DNA from: Longimicrobiales bacterium
GTDB taxonomy: Bacteria; Gemmatimonadota; Gemmatimonadetes; Longimicrobiales; Gaopeijiaceae
DNA: 64,000 nucleotides
Reading direction: 5' to 3'
NCBI GenBank assembly: GCA_965226375.1
Contig: CBDDCX010000007.1
Coordinates: 448,001-512,000, forward strand
The translations under genes and the position numbers were made by a program. Position 1 is the stretch's first letter; each line of letters starts with the position of its first letter. Positions 10,219 through 20,952 of this stretch are shown here, in pieces. The notes beneath the pieces are model-generated. The model was not told the DNA's origin, did not search any database, and worked only from the letters and a program-made list of their open reading frames with translations.

Positions 10219-13200
10219 ATGAAGGGAAGATCATTGGCCGGACTATGCCTGCTTCTCGCTCTGTTGCTGGCCGCGCCATCCCTTCAGGCCCAGGTGGGCG
10301 TGGACCTGCTGTCCGGCATGCAGGCGCGAAGTATCGGTCCCGCGGGAATGAGCGGTCGCATTGCCGCGATCGACGCGGTGGCGACCGACCCTGAGATTGT
10401 CTATGTGGGAGCCGCTACCGGCGGCGTGTGGAAATCGACCAACGGAGGACAGACCTGGAGGCCGGTCTTCGACGCTCAGCGGGTCTTGGGTATCGGCGCG
10501 ATAGCCATCGACCAATCCAATACCGATGTCGTGTGGGTAGGAACCGGGGAGGGCAATCCGCGCAACAGCGCCGGCGTTGGACGTGGCGTCTACCGGTCCA
10601 TCAACGGAGGTGACACCTGGACGTTCTTGGGCCTCGAAGGGTCGGAGCGGATCCACCGGATACTGCTCCACCCCACCGATGCGGACATCGCCTACGTGGG
10701 TGCCATGGGCCCCGCGTGGAGTGACGGGCTGGAGCGGGGAGTCTTCAAGACGGCAGACGGTGGGCAGAGCTGGGAGCAGATCCTCTACGTTGACGCGCGG
10801 ACCGGGGTCTCCGACATGGTCATGGATCCCACGAACCCCGACAAACTGATCGTGGGCATGTGGTCGTTCCGGCGTTCTCCATGGTTTTTCGAGTCGGGTG
10901 GGTCCGGCAGCGGCCTCTACATCACCGTAGATGGTGGGCTGACTTGGAGTCTCGCGGACGAGTCGGACGGCCTACCCGCCGGAGAGTTGGGCCGGATCGG
11001 CCTCACGATCTACCCCATGGATCCGAGCATCGTATACGCCCTCGTCGAGGCAGAGGAGAGTGCTCTGCTACGCTCCTCGGACGGGGGAAGGCATTGGACG
11101 ACCGTCAAGAGCGGGCCGGGGGTCGATCCTCGCCCTTTCTATTACAGCGACATCTTCGTCGATCCCGAGAACGAGTTGCGGCTCTACCAGCTCCACTCTC
11201 GTATCGAGAGGAGTGATGACGGTGGCAGGACCTTCGAAAACGTAGGGCAGGGGGTCCACCCTCATTTCCACTCACTGTGGATCGACCCCTCGGATCCACG
11301 GCACCTGTATGCCGGCACCGACGGCGGTGTCTACGTTTCACGCGACCGAGGTGCGAGTTGGCGGATGATCGACAATCTGCCGGTCGGGCAGTTTTACCAT
11401 GTTTCGGTCGACATGGACGTGCCATATAACGTCTATGGTGGCATGCAGGACAACGGGTCTTGGAAGGGCCCTTCGGACGTGTGGGAGAGCGGAGGGATTC
11501 GGAACTACCACTGGAAGGAAGTGGCGTTCGGCGACGGATTCGGCACCCTCGTCGACCCTCGGGATTCCAGCTACGGCTACGCGATGTCGCAGGGGGGGAA
11601 CTTGATGCGCTTCGACGTCCGTACCGGAGAACGGAAGCGTATTCGGCCTTGGGCACCCGACTCCACCTCACTCCGCTTCAACTGGAACGCCGCTATTGCC
11701 GCGGATCCGTATATCCCGGGGGGCATCTACTACGGCAGCCAGTTCGTCCACAAGAGTGTGGATCGGGGGGGGACCTGGCAGATCATCAGTGCCGACCTTA
11801 CCACCAACGACCCGGAAAAACAGCGACAGCATGAGAGCGGCGGACTCACGAGAGACGCTACGGGTGCGGAGAACCACACCACCATTCTGACCATCACCCC
11901 CAGTGCCCTGTCACAAGATGTGATCTGGGTGGGCACTGACGACGGCAAGGTACAGGTCACTTCTGCGGACGGAGGCCAGTGGTATGACGTGACGGATGGC
12001 ATGGGCCAAGTCCCGGACAGCACTTTGGTGGCCCACATCGAGGCGTCCAAGTTCCGTACAGGAGGTGCTTTCGTCGTCTTCGACGATCACCGTCGGGGTA
12101 ATTGGGAGCCCTACATCTACCGCACCGACGACTACGGTGGCGACTGGGACCGCATCGCCGATGGGGACGACATCGACGGGTTCGTCCATACGCTCAAACA
12201 GGATCCACATGCGGAGAATCTACTCTTCGCCGGCACCGAGTTCGGACTGTATGTCACCCTGAACGGTGGAGACGATTGGTTCAAGTGGAACCATGGGCTG
12301 CCGTCGGCTCCGGTGCGATCGCTGGTGATCCATCCGCGGGATCACGATCTGGTTATCGGAACGCACGGAAGAGCGATGTACGTGCTCGACGACATCAGAC
12401 CGCTGCGAGAGTTGGCGACCAATCCCGGTGCCGCGGACGTGGCGCTCTTCTTCTTCGAGCCGCCGCCGGCCTACGTACATGGGACGGCAGAAACGGGCGG
12501 TTACCGTTACATGGCCGACGCCATGTTTCAGGGTCGTGCGCGGGATCCGGGAGCTCTTTTTTCCTATTGGCTGGCAGGGGACGACGGCGACGAGCCGGTG
12601 ACGATCGAGGTTCTCGATTTCGAGGATCGGGTCGTGCGGACCCTGGGGGGCACCCGAAGTCCGGGCCTGAACAGGATCTCCTGGGACCTCCGGGAGGATA
12701 TCCCCGAGGTACTTTTGGACTCCCAGTCCCCGGGGCGCGGAGCGGCCCCGCAGGCGCTTCAGGTGCTGCCGGGCATGTATACGGTCCGCATTACCCGGGG
12801 GCCGTGGGAGGGCCGGCGGACCCTCGAGGTGCTGCCGGATCCCAGGGTCGAAGTCAGCATGATCGACCGGATCGCGAAGTATCAGGCCCTCGAGCGGGCA
12901 CAGGCGCTGGACATGCGCCGGGCCGAGCTGCGCCGGGCTGCGTACGACGTCCGAGAGGGAATCGATCGAGCGCTCGAGCTCCTGGAGTCTGACGAGCGGT
13001 CCGTCGCTGCGGAGTTGGTCACCGAAGGGCGACGCTTGCGCGCGGCCCTCGACGAGGTTGCCGACTTCCGCGACGTCGACCAGTATCGCTCGGGTGTGGT
13101 CGGCCTGTCGTCTTCTTACGACGTGCCGACGGAGGGTCAGCGGATCGACTTGATCCGTATGGAGGAGGCGCTGAGCCTCCTGACGGAGCGGATCGACGGG

Positions 13201-13287
13201 TTCCTCTTGCTGGAGGTGACCCGTTTCCGCGACCGGGTCGAAGCCGCTGATCTGGCGGTGTTCCCGTCCATAGGACCGATCGGATAG
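10219..13287 (+). CDS. Secreted Asp-box (BNR)/sortilin-VPS10-like beta-propeller protein, paralog 1
   Basis: Signal peptide, RSIGPAGMSGR, many SxDGGxTW repeats, GTEFG, GTHGR. Confidence 0.88.
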   Translation: MKGRSLAGLCLLLALLLAAPSLQAQVGVDLLSGMQARSIGPAGMSGRIAAIDAVATDPEIVYVGAATGGVWKSTNGGQTWRPVFDAQRVLGIGAIAIDQSNTDVVWVGTGEGNPRNSAGVGRGVYRSINGGDTWTFLGLEGSERIHRILLHPTDADIAYVGAMGPAWSDGLERGVFKTADGGQSWEQILYVDARTGVSDMVMDPTNPDKLIVGMWSFRRSPWFFESGGSGSGLYITVDGGLTWSLADESDGLPAGELGRIGLTIYPMDPSIVYALVEAEESALLRSSDGGRHWTTVKSGPGVDPRPFYYSDIFVDPENELRLYQLHSRIERSDDGGRTFENVGQGVHPHFHSLWIDPSDPRHLYAGTDGGVYVSRDRGASWRMIDNLPVGQFYHVSVDMDVPYNVYGGMQDNGSWKGPSDVWESGGIRNYHWKEVAFGDGFGTLVDPRDSSYGYAMSQGGNLMRFDVRTGERKRIRPWAPDSTSLRFNWNAAIAADPYIPGGIYYGSQFVHKSVDRGGTWQIISADLTTNDPEKQRQHESGGLTRDATGAENHTTILTITPSALSQDVIWVGTDDGKVQVTSADGGQWYDVTDGMGQVPDSTLVAHIEASKFRTGGAFVVFDDHRRGNWEPYIYRTDDYGGDWDRIADGDDIDGFVHTLKQDPHAENLLFAGTEFGLYVTLNGGDDWFKWNHGLPSAPVRSLVIHPRDHDLVIGTHGRAMYVLDDIRPLRELATNPGAADVALFFFEPPPAYVHGTAETGGYRYMADAMFQGRARDPGALFSYWLAGDDGDEPVTIEVLDFEDRVVRTLGGTRSPGLNRISWDLREDIPEVLLDSQSPGRGAAPQALQVLPGMYTVRITRGPWEGRRTLEVLPDPRVEVSMIDRIAKYQALERAQALDMRRAELRRAAYDVREGIDRALELLESDERSVAAELVTEGRRLRAALDEVADFRDVDQYRSGVVGLSSSYDVPTEGQRIDLIRMEEALSLLTERIDGFLLLEVTRFRDRVEAADLAVFPSIGPIG

Positions 13288-13333
13288 CCTGGGGAAAGAG
13301 CGTGCAAATACATGACTGAGTTGAGATAGATCG

Positions 13334-16300
13334 ATGATGGTACAGATTCGCAGACTCCCGTGGGTGACCCTCGCACTGTGCACCCTGGCATACGGCGCCG
13401 GTCCGCTCGAGGGCCAATACACCACGGAGCAATTCGCTCAGATCCGGGGACGCTCCATCGGGCCGGCAGGGATGAGCGGACGTGTGGCGGACGTCGACGT
13501 CGTGTGGTCCGATCCCAACATCATCTTCGTGGGTTCCGCTACCGGGGGTGTGTGGCGTTCGGTGGACGGTGGCATCGCGTGGACTCCCATCTTCGACGAC
13601 CAGTCGGTGTTGGGCATTGGCGCCGTAGCGGTGTCCCAGGCGACGCCCGACGTGGTCTGGGTGGGCACGGGGGAAGGTAACCCACGCAACTCGGCCGGTG
13701 TCGGAAACGGTGTGTTCCGCAGCCTCGACGGAGGCGACACCTGGTCCCATGTAGGCCTGGAAGGGTCCGAGAGGATCCACCGGATCATGACCCATCCCAC
13801 GGATCCCGCGGTGGTGTTTGTCGCGGCCATGGGGCCGGCGTGGAGCGATGGAGAGGTGCGAGGAGTCTTCCGTACGAGGGACGGTGGCGTAACCTGGGAC
13901 CGAGTGCTGTATGTGGACGAGCGCACCGGTGCCGCTGACCTGATCATGGATCCCAGCAACCCCAACAAGCTTTTTGCAGCGATGTGGGAATTCAGGCGCT
14001 GGCCGTGGTTTTTCGAGTCGGGTGGGGCGGGAAGCGGTCTGTACGTCACGTACGATGGTGGGGATTCCTGGGACCGGTACACGGAAGACGATGGAATGCC
14101 ACCTGGGAATCTCGGCCGCATCGGGCTCGCGATCGCGCCTTCGAACCCGGACGTCGTCTACGCCCTGGTAGAGGCTGAAAAGAGCGAGTTGATTCGCTCC
14201 GAAGATGGAGGCCGGACCTGGGAGACCGTCAACGATCGCTCCGGTGTGGTGCCCAGGCCCTTCTATTACGCCGATCTCCGGGTGGATCCCCAGAACGAGA
14301 ATCGCGTCTATTCGCTCCACGAGAGTATACAGGTCAGTGAGGACCAGGGTCGCAACTTCGAGACCGTGGTCCCCAGCACGACCATTCACGGCGATGTCCA
14401 CGAGCTCTGGATCGATCCTGGAGACGGCCGCCGCATGATCATCGGGAACGATGGGGGAATCGCGTTCACCTACGATCGCGGTGAACATTGGCGCTTCGTA
14501 GAAAACCTCACCTTGGCTCAGTTCTACCACATCAGCCTCGATGACGAGGTGCCGTTCAACGTGTACGGGGGGCTCCAGGACAATGGGAGCTGGTACGGAC
14601 CGAGCACGGTGTGGGAGAACCGCGGGATCATGAACCTGCACTGGCGCCGTGTGGGTAGCGGAGACGGGTTCGCCGTCTTCAACGATCCGACGGATTCCCG
14701 CTACGGCTACTCCATGTCGCAACAGGGTAATCTGGTGCGGTTCGACAAAGACACCGGAAGGCGTGTGGCCATTCGACCGGTCCATCCCGACGGCGAGCAC
14801 CTACGGTTCAACTGGAATGCCGGTCTCAACGTGGATCCACACGATCCGAGCGTCTTGTATCTCGGAAGCCAGTTCGTGCATAGGACGCGCGATAACGGTA
14901 ACAGCTGGGAGATCATCTCCCCGGATTTGACCACGAACGATGCCGAGAAGCAGCGCCAGGATCTGAGCGGGGGACTCACTCTGGACGCGACCGGCGCGGA
15001 AAACCACACCACAATCCTCTCGATCTCACCGAGTCCTCTTCAGCCGGGGCTGATCTGGGCGTCGACGGACGACGGCAATGTGCAGGTTACCGAAGACGAT
15101 GGGGCGACGTGGCGTAACACGGGGGCTCAGATTCGAGGTGTGCCGAGAGGGACGTGGGTCCCACACGTCGAGCCTTCACACCATGATCCGCGAACGGCCT
15201 ACGTGGTGCTCGAAGATCATCGTCGCGGCAACTGGGAGGCGTATGTCTACAAAACGGTAGACCTCGGCGAAACGTGGACTGCGTTGAGCACCAACGGAAT
15301 AGACGGTTTTGTTCATGTAATACGTGAAGATAGAGAAGAGCCCAATCTTCTGTTTCTGGGTACGGAGTTCGGTCTGCGCGTAAGCTTGGACGGAGGCGAT
15401 TCCTGGATGCGGTGGAGCCACGGCATTCCGCCGGCCCCCGTCCGGGATCTACGCGTACATGCCCGGGATCACGATCTGGTGCTAGGCACCCACGGTCGGG
15501 GAGCTTACGTCATCGACGACATCCGGCCGCTGAGGGAGGCCGCTGCGGATTCGAGCTTGGCCTCCGACGCTTTGAGGGTGCTCCCCATGGCGCCGGCCCA
15601 GAAGTACGCGCGAGCAGAAGCCATGGGATACCGGTCGGTGGGGCACGCCATGATGTTTGGTGACATGCGCCCCTATGGCGCCTTGATCAACTACTGGGTG
15701 GGTACGGAAGGGGTCCAGAGAGTCTCCATCGACGTTCTCGACCTGGACGGAACCTCGATGCGGACCCTGAACGGATCCGCGGACCCGGGGGTGAATCGGG
15801 TGGTCTGGAATCTCCGTCGCGGGGGGGAGAACGGCCCTGGCTCGGAGGTCTTGGAGGGTACTTATACCGTACGCGTGACGTTGGGTGATGCCGTTTCGAC
15901 GGGAGAGATCACCGTTGTCGAGGACATCCGTGAGGATATCCCTCTCTCGCGGCGGATCGCCAAGTTGCAGGCCGTAGAGCGAGCCCGGTCGATGACAACC
16001 GCCCTCAGCGATGCCCAACGGCGTCTAGAGCGAGCGATCCGCACCACCGAGACGGTGCAGGAGTCGTTACGCGGTCGGGAAGGGGGCGAGGACCTCAGGG
16101 AAGAGGGGGCGGCGCTCCAGGAGTCCCTCGAGAAAATGCGGGAACGCCTGTTTGTGGGGCCGGCCTGTCAGGGAATATGCGGACGAAGCAAGCTGCCATC
16201 CAACGTGGTTCGTCGACCGCTGCAGGTCCTGGGAGGCTCACCGGATGAACCGACGGCCAACGAACGCCTCATGCTCACCCAAGCGGAGGAAGCCCTTCAG

Positions 16301-16429
16301 GGCATCGTCGATGAGGTGAACAACATCTTCGACGACGAGGTGTCCGCCTACAGTCGACGTCTTCAAGAAGCGGGCTATTCACCATTCTCGGAGGCCGACC
16401 CCATTACGATCCCACTGGACCAGCGCTGA
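13334..16429 (+). CDS. Secreted Asp-box (BNR)/sortilin-VPS10-like beta-propeller protein, paralog 2
   Basis: Same motifs, colinear with paralog 1. Confidence 0.88.
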   Translation: MMVQIRRLPWVTLALCTLAYGAGPLEGQYTTEQFAQIRGRSIGPAGMSGRVADVDVVWSDPNIIFVGSATGGVWRSVDGGIAWTPIFDDQSVLGIGAVAVSQATPDVVWVGTGEGNPRNSAGVGNGVFRSLDGGDTWSHVGLEGSERIHRIMTHPTDPAVVFVAAMGPAWSDGEVRGVFRTRDGGVTWDRVLYVDERTGAADLIMDPSNPNKLFAAMWEFRRWPWFFESGGAGSGLYVTYDGGDSWDRYTEDDGMPPGNLGRIGLAIAPSNPDVVYALVEAEKSELIRSEDGGRTWETVNDRSGVVPRPFYYADLRVDPQNENRVYSLHESIQVSEDQGRNFETVVPSTTIHGDVHELWIDPGDGRRMIIGNDGGIAFTYDRGEHWRFVENLTLAQFYHISLDDEVPFNVYGGLQDNGSWYGPSTVWENRGIMNLHWRRVGSGDGFAVFNDPTDSRYGYSMSQQGNLVRFDKDTGRRVAIRPVHPDGEHLRFNWNAGLNVDPHDPSVLYLGSQFVHRTRDNGNSWEIISPDLTTNDAEKQRQDLSGGLTLDATGAENHTTILSISPSPLQPGLIWASTDDGNVQVTEDDGATWRNTGAQIRGVPRGTWVPHVEPSHHDPRTAYVVLEDHRRGNWEAYVYKTVDLGETWTALSTNGIDGFVHVIREDREEPNLLFLGTEFGLRVSLDGGDSWMRWSHGIPPAPVRDLRVHARDHDLVLGTHGRGAYVIDDIRPLREAAADSSLASDALRVLPMAPAQKYARAEAMGYRSVGHAMMFGDMRPYGALINYWVGTEGVQRVSIDVLDLDGTSMRTLNGSADPGVNRVVWNLRRGGENGPGSEVLEGTYTVRVTLGDAVSTGEITVVEDIREDIPLSRRIAKLQAVERARSMTTALSDAQRRLERAIRTTETVQESLRGREGGEDLREEGAALQESLEKMRERLFVGPACQGICGRSKLPSNVVRRPLQVLGGSPDEPTANERLMLTQAEEALQGIVDEVNNIFDDEVSAYSRRLQEAGYSPFSEADPITIPLDQR

Positions 16430-16431
16430 CC

Positions 16432-17355
16432 ATGTTACGCGGACTCCTACTCTGGGCCTCGGAAAACCCGCTCTTGGCGGAGCGTCTTCCGCGCCTCCGC
16501 TTCGTGCAGCGTGCCACACGGCGATTCATGCCCGGGGAAACTCCGGATGCCGCGATGACGGAGGCTCTTCGGCTCCAGAAGTCGCGCATGAGCACGGTGT
16601 TTACGTTGCTGGGTGAGAGCATCAACGAGCCGGGAGAGGCCGTCGAGGTCGTCGAGCACTACCAGGGTGTGCTCAAGGAGCTCGACCGCCGGGACCTCGA
16701 TGTGGAGATCTCGGTAAAGCTGACGCAGCTCGGCGTCGATCTAGGCCGCGATCTGGCCGCTGCCAACCTGGAAGCCATCCTCGGGCTTGCCCAAGATCTC
16801 GACCGATTCGTTTGGATCGACATCGAGGCGAGCGATTATGTCGATATTACGCTGGACATCTACAAGGCAGCGCGATCTCGATACGAGAACACCGGTCTGT
16901 GTCTGCAGGCCTATCTTTATCGCACGGCCGAAGACGTCGAGGGACTTCTCCCGCTAAAGCCGGCAATTCGCCTGGTGAAGGGGGCTTACGCCGAACCCGC
17001 GGACGTCGCCTTCCCGAATAAGAGAGACGTGGACAAAAACTTCCTCCAGCTCTCTCTCCGTCTCCTGGACGTGGTGGCTGAAGGCGGTGTGCGAGCGGCG
17101 TTCGCGACTCACGACGGGACACTGATCGAGAAAATCAAGCAGGAAGCCGCAACCCGGGGGATTCCGCGAGGCGAGGTGGAGTTCCAGATGCTGTACGGAA
17201 TCAACACCCGGGAGCAGGAGCAATTGGCCAGTGAAGGCTACAAGGTGGAGGCTCTGATCAGCTACGGGTCCGCCTGGTTCCCCTGGTATATGAGGCGCCT
17301 CGCCGAGCGGCCGGCGAATCTCTGGTTCGTGATCCGAAAAATAATGTGGCCCTGA
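16432..17355 (+). CDS. Monofunctional proline dehydrogenase
   Basis: SVKLTQLG, LQAYLYRT, RLVKGAY, FATHD, EFQMLYG, YMRRLAERPAN. Confidence 0.93.
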   Translation: MLRGLLLWASENPLLAERLPRLRFVQRATRRFMPGETPDAAMTEALRLQKSRMSTVFTLLGESINEPGEAVEVVEHYQGVLKELDRRDLDVEISVKLTQLGVDLGRDLAAANLEAILGLAQDLDRFVWIDIEASDYVDITLDIYKAARSRYENTGLCLQAYLYRTAEDVEGLLPLKPAIRLVKGAYAEPADVAFPNKRDVDKNFLQLSLRLLDVVAEGGVRAAFATHDGTLIEKIKQEAATRGIPRGEVEFQMLYGINTREQEQLASEGYKVEALISYGSAWFPWYMRRLAERPANLWFVIRKIMWP

Positions 17356-18557
17356 CAGGCGAAACCGATGTTCGTCGCTGGGGCATGCTGGCCCTGGTGT
17401 CGGTGGCCGTGCTCCTGGGTATGTCTGCGTGGTTCACGGCCAGTGCCGCGTCCCCCGTTCTGCAGGCGCGCTGGGGACTGAACTCGAGCCAGGTCGGGTG
17501 GCTCACCACGCTGGTCCAGCTCGGGTTCGTTGCCGGCACGGCCGCCGCCGCTCTGTTGAACCTCGCGGACGTGATCCCGTCCCGTTGGTACTTCGCCTCG
17601 TCGGCGCTATTGGCCGCGCTGGCCAACGCAGGCTTGGTGATCGCGCCCGGTTACGCCGTGGCTCTGGTCTTCCGGTTCTTCACAGGATTCTTCCTGGCGG
17701 GTGTATATCCACCGGCCATGAAGATGATCGCCACCTGGTTCCGGAGCGCTCGCGGAATGGCCATCGGCACTGTGGTGGGTGCCCTCACCGTGGGGAAGGC
17801 CACGCCTTATCTACTCAAGCTGGTCGGGAGTGCGCCCCTTGCCGTGGTGGTGCTCGGCGCGTCGTTGGGAGGCGTGGTCGGCGGGCTGCTGGTGGCTGCG
17901 GCCTACCGTGACGGACCCTACCCTTTTCGGCGAGCCCCATTCTCCTGGTCGCTCATCGCCAGGGTGGCACGCGACCGTCCGACACGCCTGGCCACCGGGG
18001 GCTACCTGGGGCACATGTGGGAGCTCTATGCCATGTGGACCTGGGTGCCCGCCTTCTTGGCTGCGAGTGCGGCCGCTCGGGGCGCGCGTCTGGGCGTATC
18101 GCCCTCTGAGACCGTGGTGGACCTCGTGGCCTTCGGGGCGATCGCCGCGGGTGGCCTCGGTTGTGTGTGGGGCGGTAGAGCCGCCGACCGGATCGGCCGT
18201 GACAAGCTCGTGAACTTCGCGATGGCCGTGAGCGGCGCTTGCTGTCTCCTGGTGGGCTTTCTGTTCGGCCAGAGCTACTGGGTACTCGTGCCGGTGGTGC
18301 TGGTCTGGGGCTTCTTCGTGGTGGCAGACTCCGCCCAGTTCAGCGCGATGGTCACCGAGGTGGCACCGCAGGAGGCCGTCGGAACGGCGCTCACCCTTCA
18401 AACCTCAGTGGGCTTTCTACTCACCATGGCCACGATTCAGGGTGTGCCCGCTCTGACCGACGCTCTGGGCTGGCCGTGGGCTTTTCCGCTCCTCGTCCTG
18501 GGGCCCGTCTTCGGGATCGCTTCGATTCGCAGGATGGCGGCTCCGAGGGACGCCTAA
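17346..18557 (+). CDS. MFS transporter
   Basis: About 12 TM segments; GYLGHMWELYAMW, ADSAQFSA. Confidence 0.88.
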   Translation: MALTGETDVRRWGMLALVSVAVLLGMSAWFTASAASPVLQARWGLNSSQVGWLTTLVQLGFVAGTAAAALLNLADVIPSRWYFASSALLAALANAGLVIAPGYAVALVFRFFTGFFLAGVYPPAMKMIATWFRSARGMAIGTVVGALTVGKATPYLLKLVGSAPLAVVVLGASLGGVVGGLLVAAAYRDGPYPFRRAPFSWSLIARVARDRPTRLATGGYLGHMWELYAMWTWVPAFLAASAAARGARLGVSPSETVVDLVAFGAIAAGGLGCVWGGRAADRIGRDKLVNFAMAVSGACCLLVGFLFGQSYWVLVPVVLVWGFFVVADSAQFSAMVTEVAPQEAVGTALTLQTSVGFLLTMATIQGVPALTDALGWPWAFPLLVLGPVFGIASIRRMAAPRDA

Positions 18558-18713
18558 AACCTGCTGATCGCGATATTCCTGGGCCACGGAGTGCACACAC
18601 TGAGCCGCCCCGTCGATTCACGCCACGAACTCGGCATGAATGAGCTCCTGTAGTCGCTCTGTGCTTTCCCGCCGGGGTGCGGGGAAGGGGGACCGAACGT
18701 CCACGGAACGTCA

Positions 18714-20090
18714 GTGGTCGCCCTTGCTACTGCTTGGGTCCTTTGGATCTCGGGTGGTGGCACGAGGGGCTTCCTGATTCTCCACCTCCTCCACTTTGCC
18801 GGTGCGGCGGTGGCTCTGCTGACCCTGTACCGGTTGGCCCGTCCCTTGTTCGGCCGCGTCGCGACCTTGCTTTTGGGCTCATGCGTACTGCTCCATCCGG
18901 TCTTCTCGACCCAGGTGGGCTACCTCTACCTGGAGATGCCCCTCTTCCCCCTCACGGTCCTTGCACTTCTAGCCTGGATAGAGCGGAGGTTTTGGCCGGC
19001 GGTGATGTGGGCCACGCTCGCTTATGCGACCAAGGAAACGGGAATCATCGTTCCGGCCACCTTCGTTCTGGCCACGCTGATCGAACGGCGAGACCTGCTC
19101 GAAAAAGTGAGACGCATTGTGCGGATCGTCGCCTTTCCGGCCGTGTGGACGGCCGGCGTCTTCCTTCTGAGTCGAATCGCGGTGAGTCAGGCTGAGGATT
19201 TCGCTTTTTTACCGTCGCACGATGCCGTCTTCGGGGGAATCGGACAGTACCTGGTCCGTTTCCTGCTCAACGTGCCCGATCTGCCCGTGTTCATCGCTGC
19301 GTTTTTCGTGACGGCTATCGTGTTATGCGTCCCGATCTTCAAAGCACTTCGAAGCGAGCCTTTGGACTCTGCCGCCCGGACCCCGGAGCATCAGCAGCTC
19401 CTCGTTCTGGGGTACAGCGGGGTGCTCATCGTACTCTGCATACTGCTCTTCATGGTGGTTCTCCCCGTGGCGGCCGGGTTCACCGTTGTGCTCCCCCGCT
19501 ACTACGTGATGATCCTGCCGTTTCTCCTGCTCTGGGTGGGTTACGGCATGAAGCGACTCCTGGGCCGTCGCCTCACGTCGCCCGCAGCGGTCTGCTTCGT
19601 GCTCTTGGCCGCCTTCTTCGCCCTCAACACGAGCGGTGCTCTATATCCGTTGGACATCGACACCGAGGGCCCGGGGAATGACCCTGCGCTCACGGAGCGC
19701 TCCGCGGCGTACCGTCGTCTCCAGGCCCTGGAGGTCGCCGCCATCCACGCTCTGGAGGCACTCCCGTCAGGGGTGCCGGTCTATTACGGACACTACGAGC
19801 ACTACCTCTTGGCATTCCCAGGGCTCGGATACTCCAGTGGTCCGCTCTCCAACGGGCATAACTTTTCGGTCGAGTCCCTCGCGGAGCTCATCAGGGGAGA
19901 GCCGATGCCTCCCTGTGTCTATGTTCTTTACAACTACCCATGGCTCGGCGGAGAAAAAATCCTCGGCCTGATCCGCTTTGCCGAGATGACCCCGGGGCTG
20001 TCGGCCGACGTGGTCAGGGAGTTCCGAGATGGGCGATATGTGATCATCCTGGCCCGAATCCGAAGCGGAGATGCAGATTGTCCGGTATGA
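18714..20090 (+). CDS. GT-C fold (ArnT/PMT-like) membrane glycosyltransferase, possibly 5'-truncated
   Basis: Multi-TM, YLEMPL, LAYATKETG, LPRYY; ATGA overlap with wecE; weak start context. Confidence 0.6.
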   Translation: MVALATAWVLWISGGGTRGFLILHLLHFAGAAVALLTLYRLARPLFGRVATLLLGSCVLLHPVFSTQVGYLYLEMPLFPLTVLALLAWIERRFWPAVMWATLAYATKETGIIVPATFVLATLIERRDLLEKVRRIVRIVAFPAVWTAGVFLLSRIAVSQAEDFAFLPSHDAVFGGIGQYLVRFLLNVPDLPVFIAAFFVTAIVLCVPIFKALRSEPLDSAARTPEHQQLLVLGYSGVLIVLCILLFMVVLPVAAGFTVVLPRYYVMILPFLLLWVGYGMKRLLGRRLTSPAAVCFVLLAAFFALNTSGALYPLDIDTEGPGNDPALTERSAAYRRLQALEVAAIHALEALPSGVPVYYGHYEHYLLAFPGLGYSSGPLSNGHNFSVESLAELIRGEPMPPCVYVLYNYPWLGGEKILGLIRFAEMTPGLSADVVREFRDGRYVIILARIRSGDADCPV

Positions 20091-20952
20091 ACATTCCCTT
20101 CAATCGGCCTTACCTGGTCGGGTCCGAATTCGAACGCATGCGAGAGGCTGTGGAAGGCCGAATGATCGCGGAGGGCGGACCCTTCACGGACCAGTGCGAG
20201 AAACTCCTTGTGGACATGACCGGCACCGAGGCCGCGTTGCTCACGTCCTCCTGCACCCACGCCCTGGAGATGGCTGCTCTATTGCTGGACCTGAAGGAGG
20301 GAGACGAGGTCCTGATGCCCTCCTTCACTTTTGTCAGCACGGCCAACGCGTTCGCGCTCAGAGGAGCAAGACCGGTCTTCGTCGACATCCGGTCCGATAC
20401 CCTCAACCTCGATGAGCGACTTCTGGCGTCCAAGATCACGATACGGACCCGCGCGGTCGTGGTCGTCCACTACGCGGGGGTGGGCTGCGAGATGGATGCG
20501 ATCCGGTCGGTAGCCGATGAGGCCGGACTCTCCATCATCGAAGACAACGCCCACGGTCTTCTGGGAAGCTATAAGGGAAAACCGCTGGGGACGTTTGGGG
20601 TCATGGCCACACAGAGCTTCCACGAGACCAAGAACCTGACGTGCGGCAAGGGCGGGGCACTCCTCCTGAACGATACCGATCTGTTGGACAGGGCGAAGGT
20701 CATCCGGAACAAGGGTACGAATCGCGCCCAGTTCATGGAGGGTCTGGTGGACAAGTACACCTGGGTCGGACTGGGCTCGAGCTATCAGCCCTCCGACCTC
20801 TTGTCCGCCTTCCTCCTCTGCCAGTTCGAGGCGAGAGCTCTCATTCAACAGAAGCGGGGTGAAATCTGGCAGCGCTACCAAGATGGGTTGGCGGAGTGGG
20901 CCAACGCCGAAGGCGTGCAGCTACCGACCATCCCGGACCACGTCCAACAGCC

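Noticed and set aside
12220..14800. Long antisense ORFs (401 and 593 aa) over the Asp-box genes, and similar shadows elsewhere (21027-21911, 39134-40213, 57557-58990)
   Set aside because: They mirror well-supported genes, have no recognisable motifs, and are expected in high-GC coding DNA.
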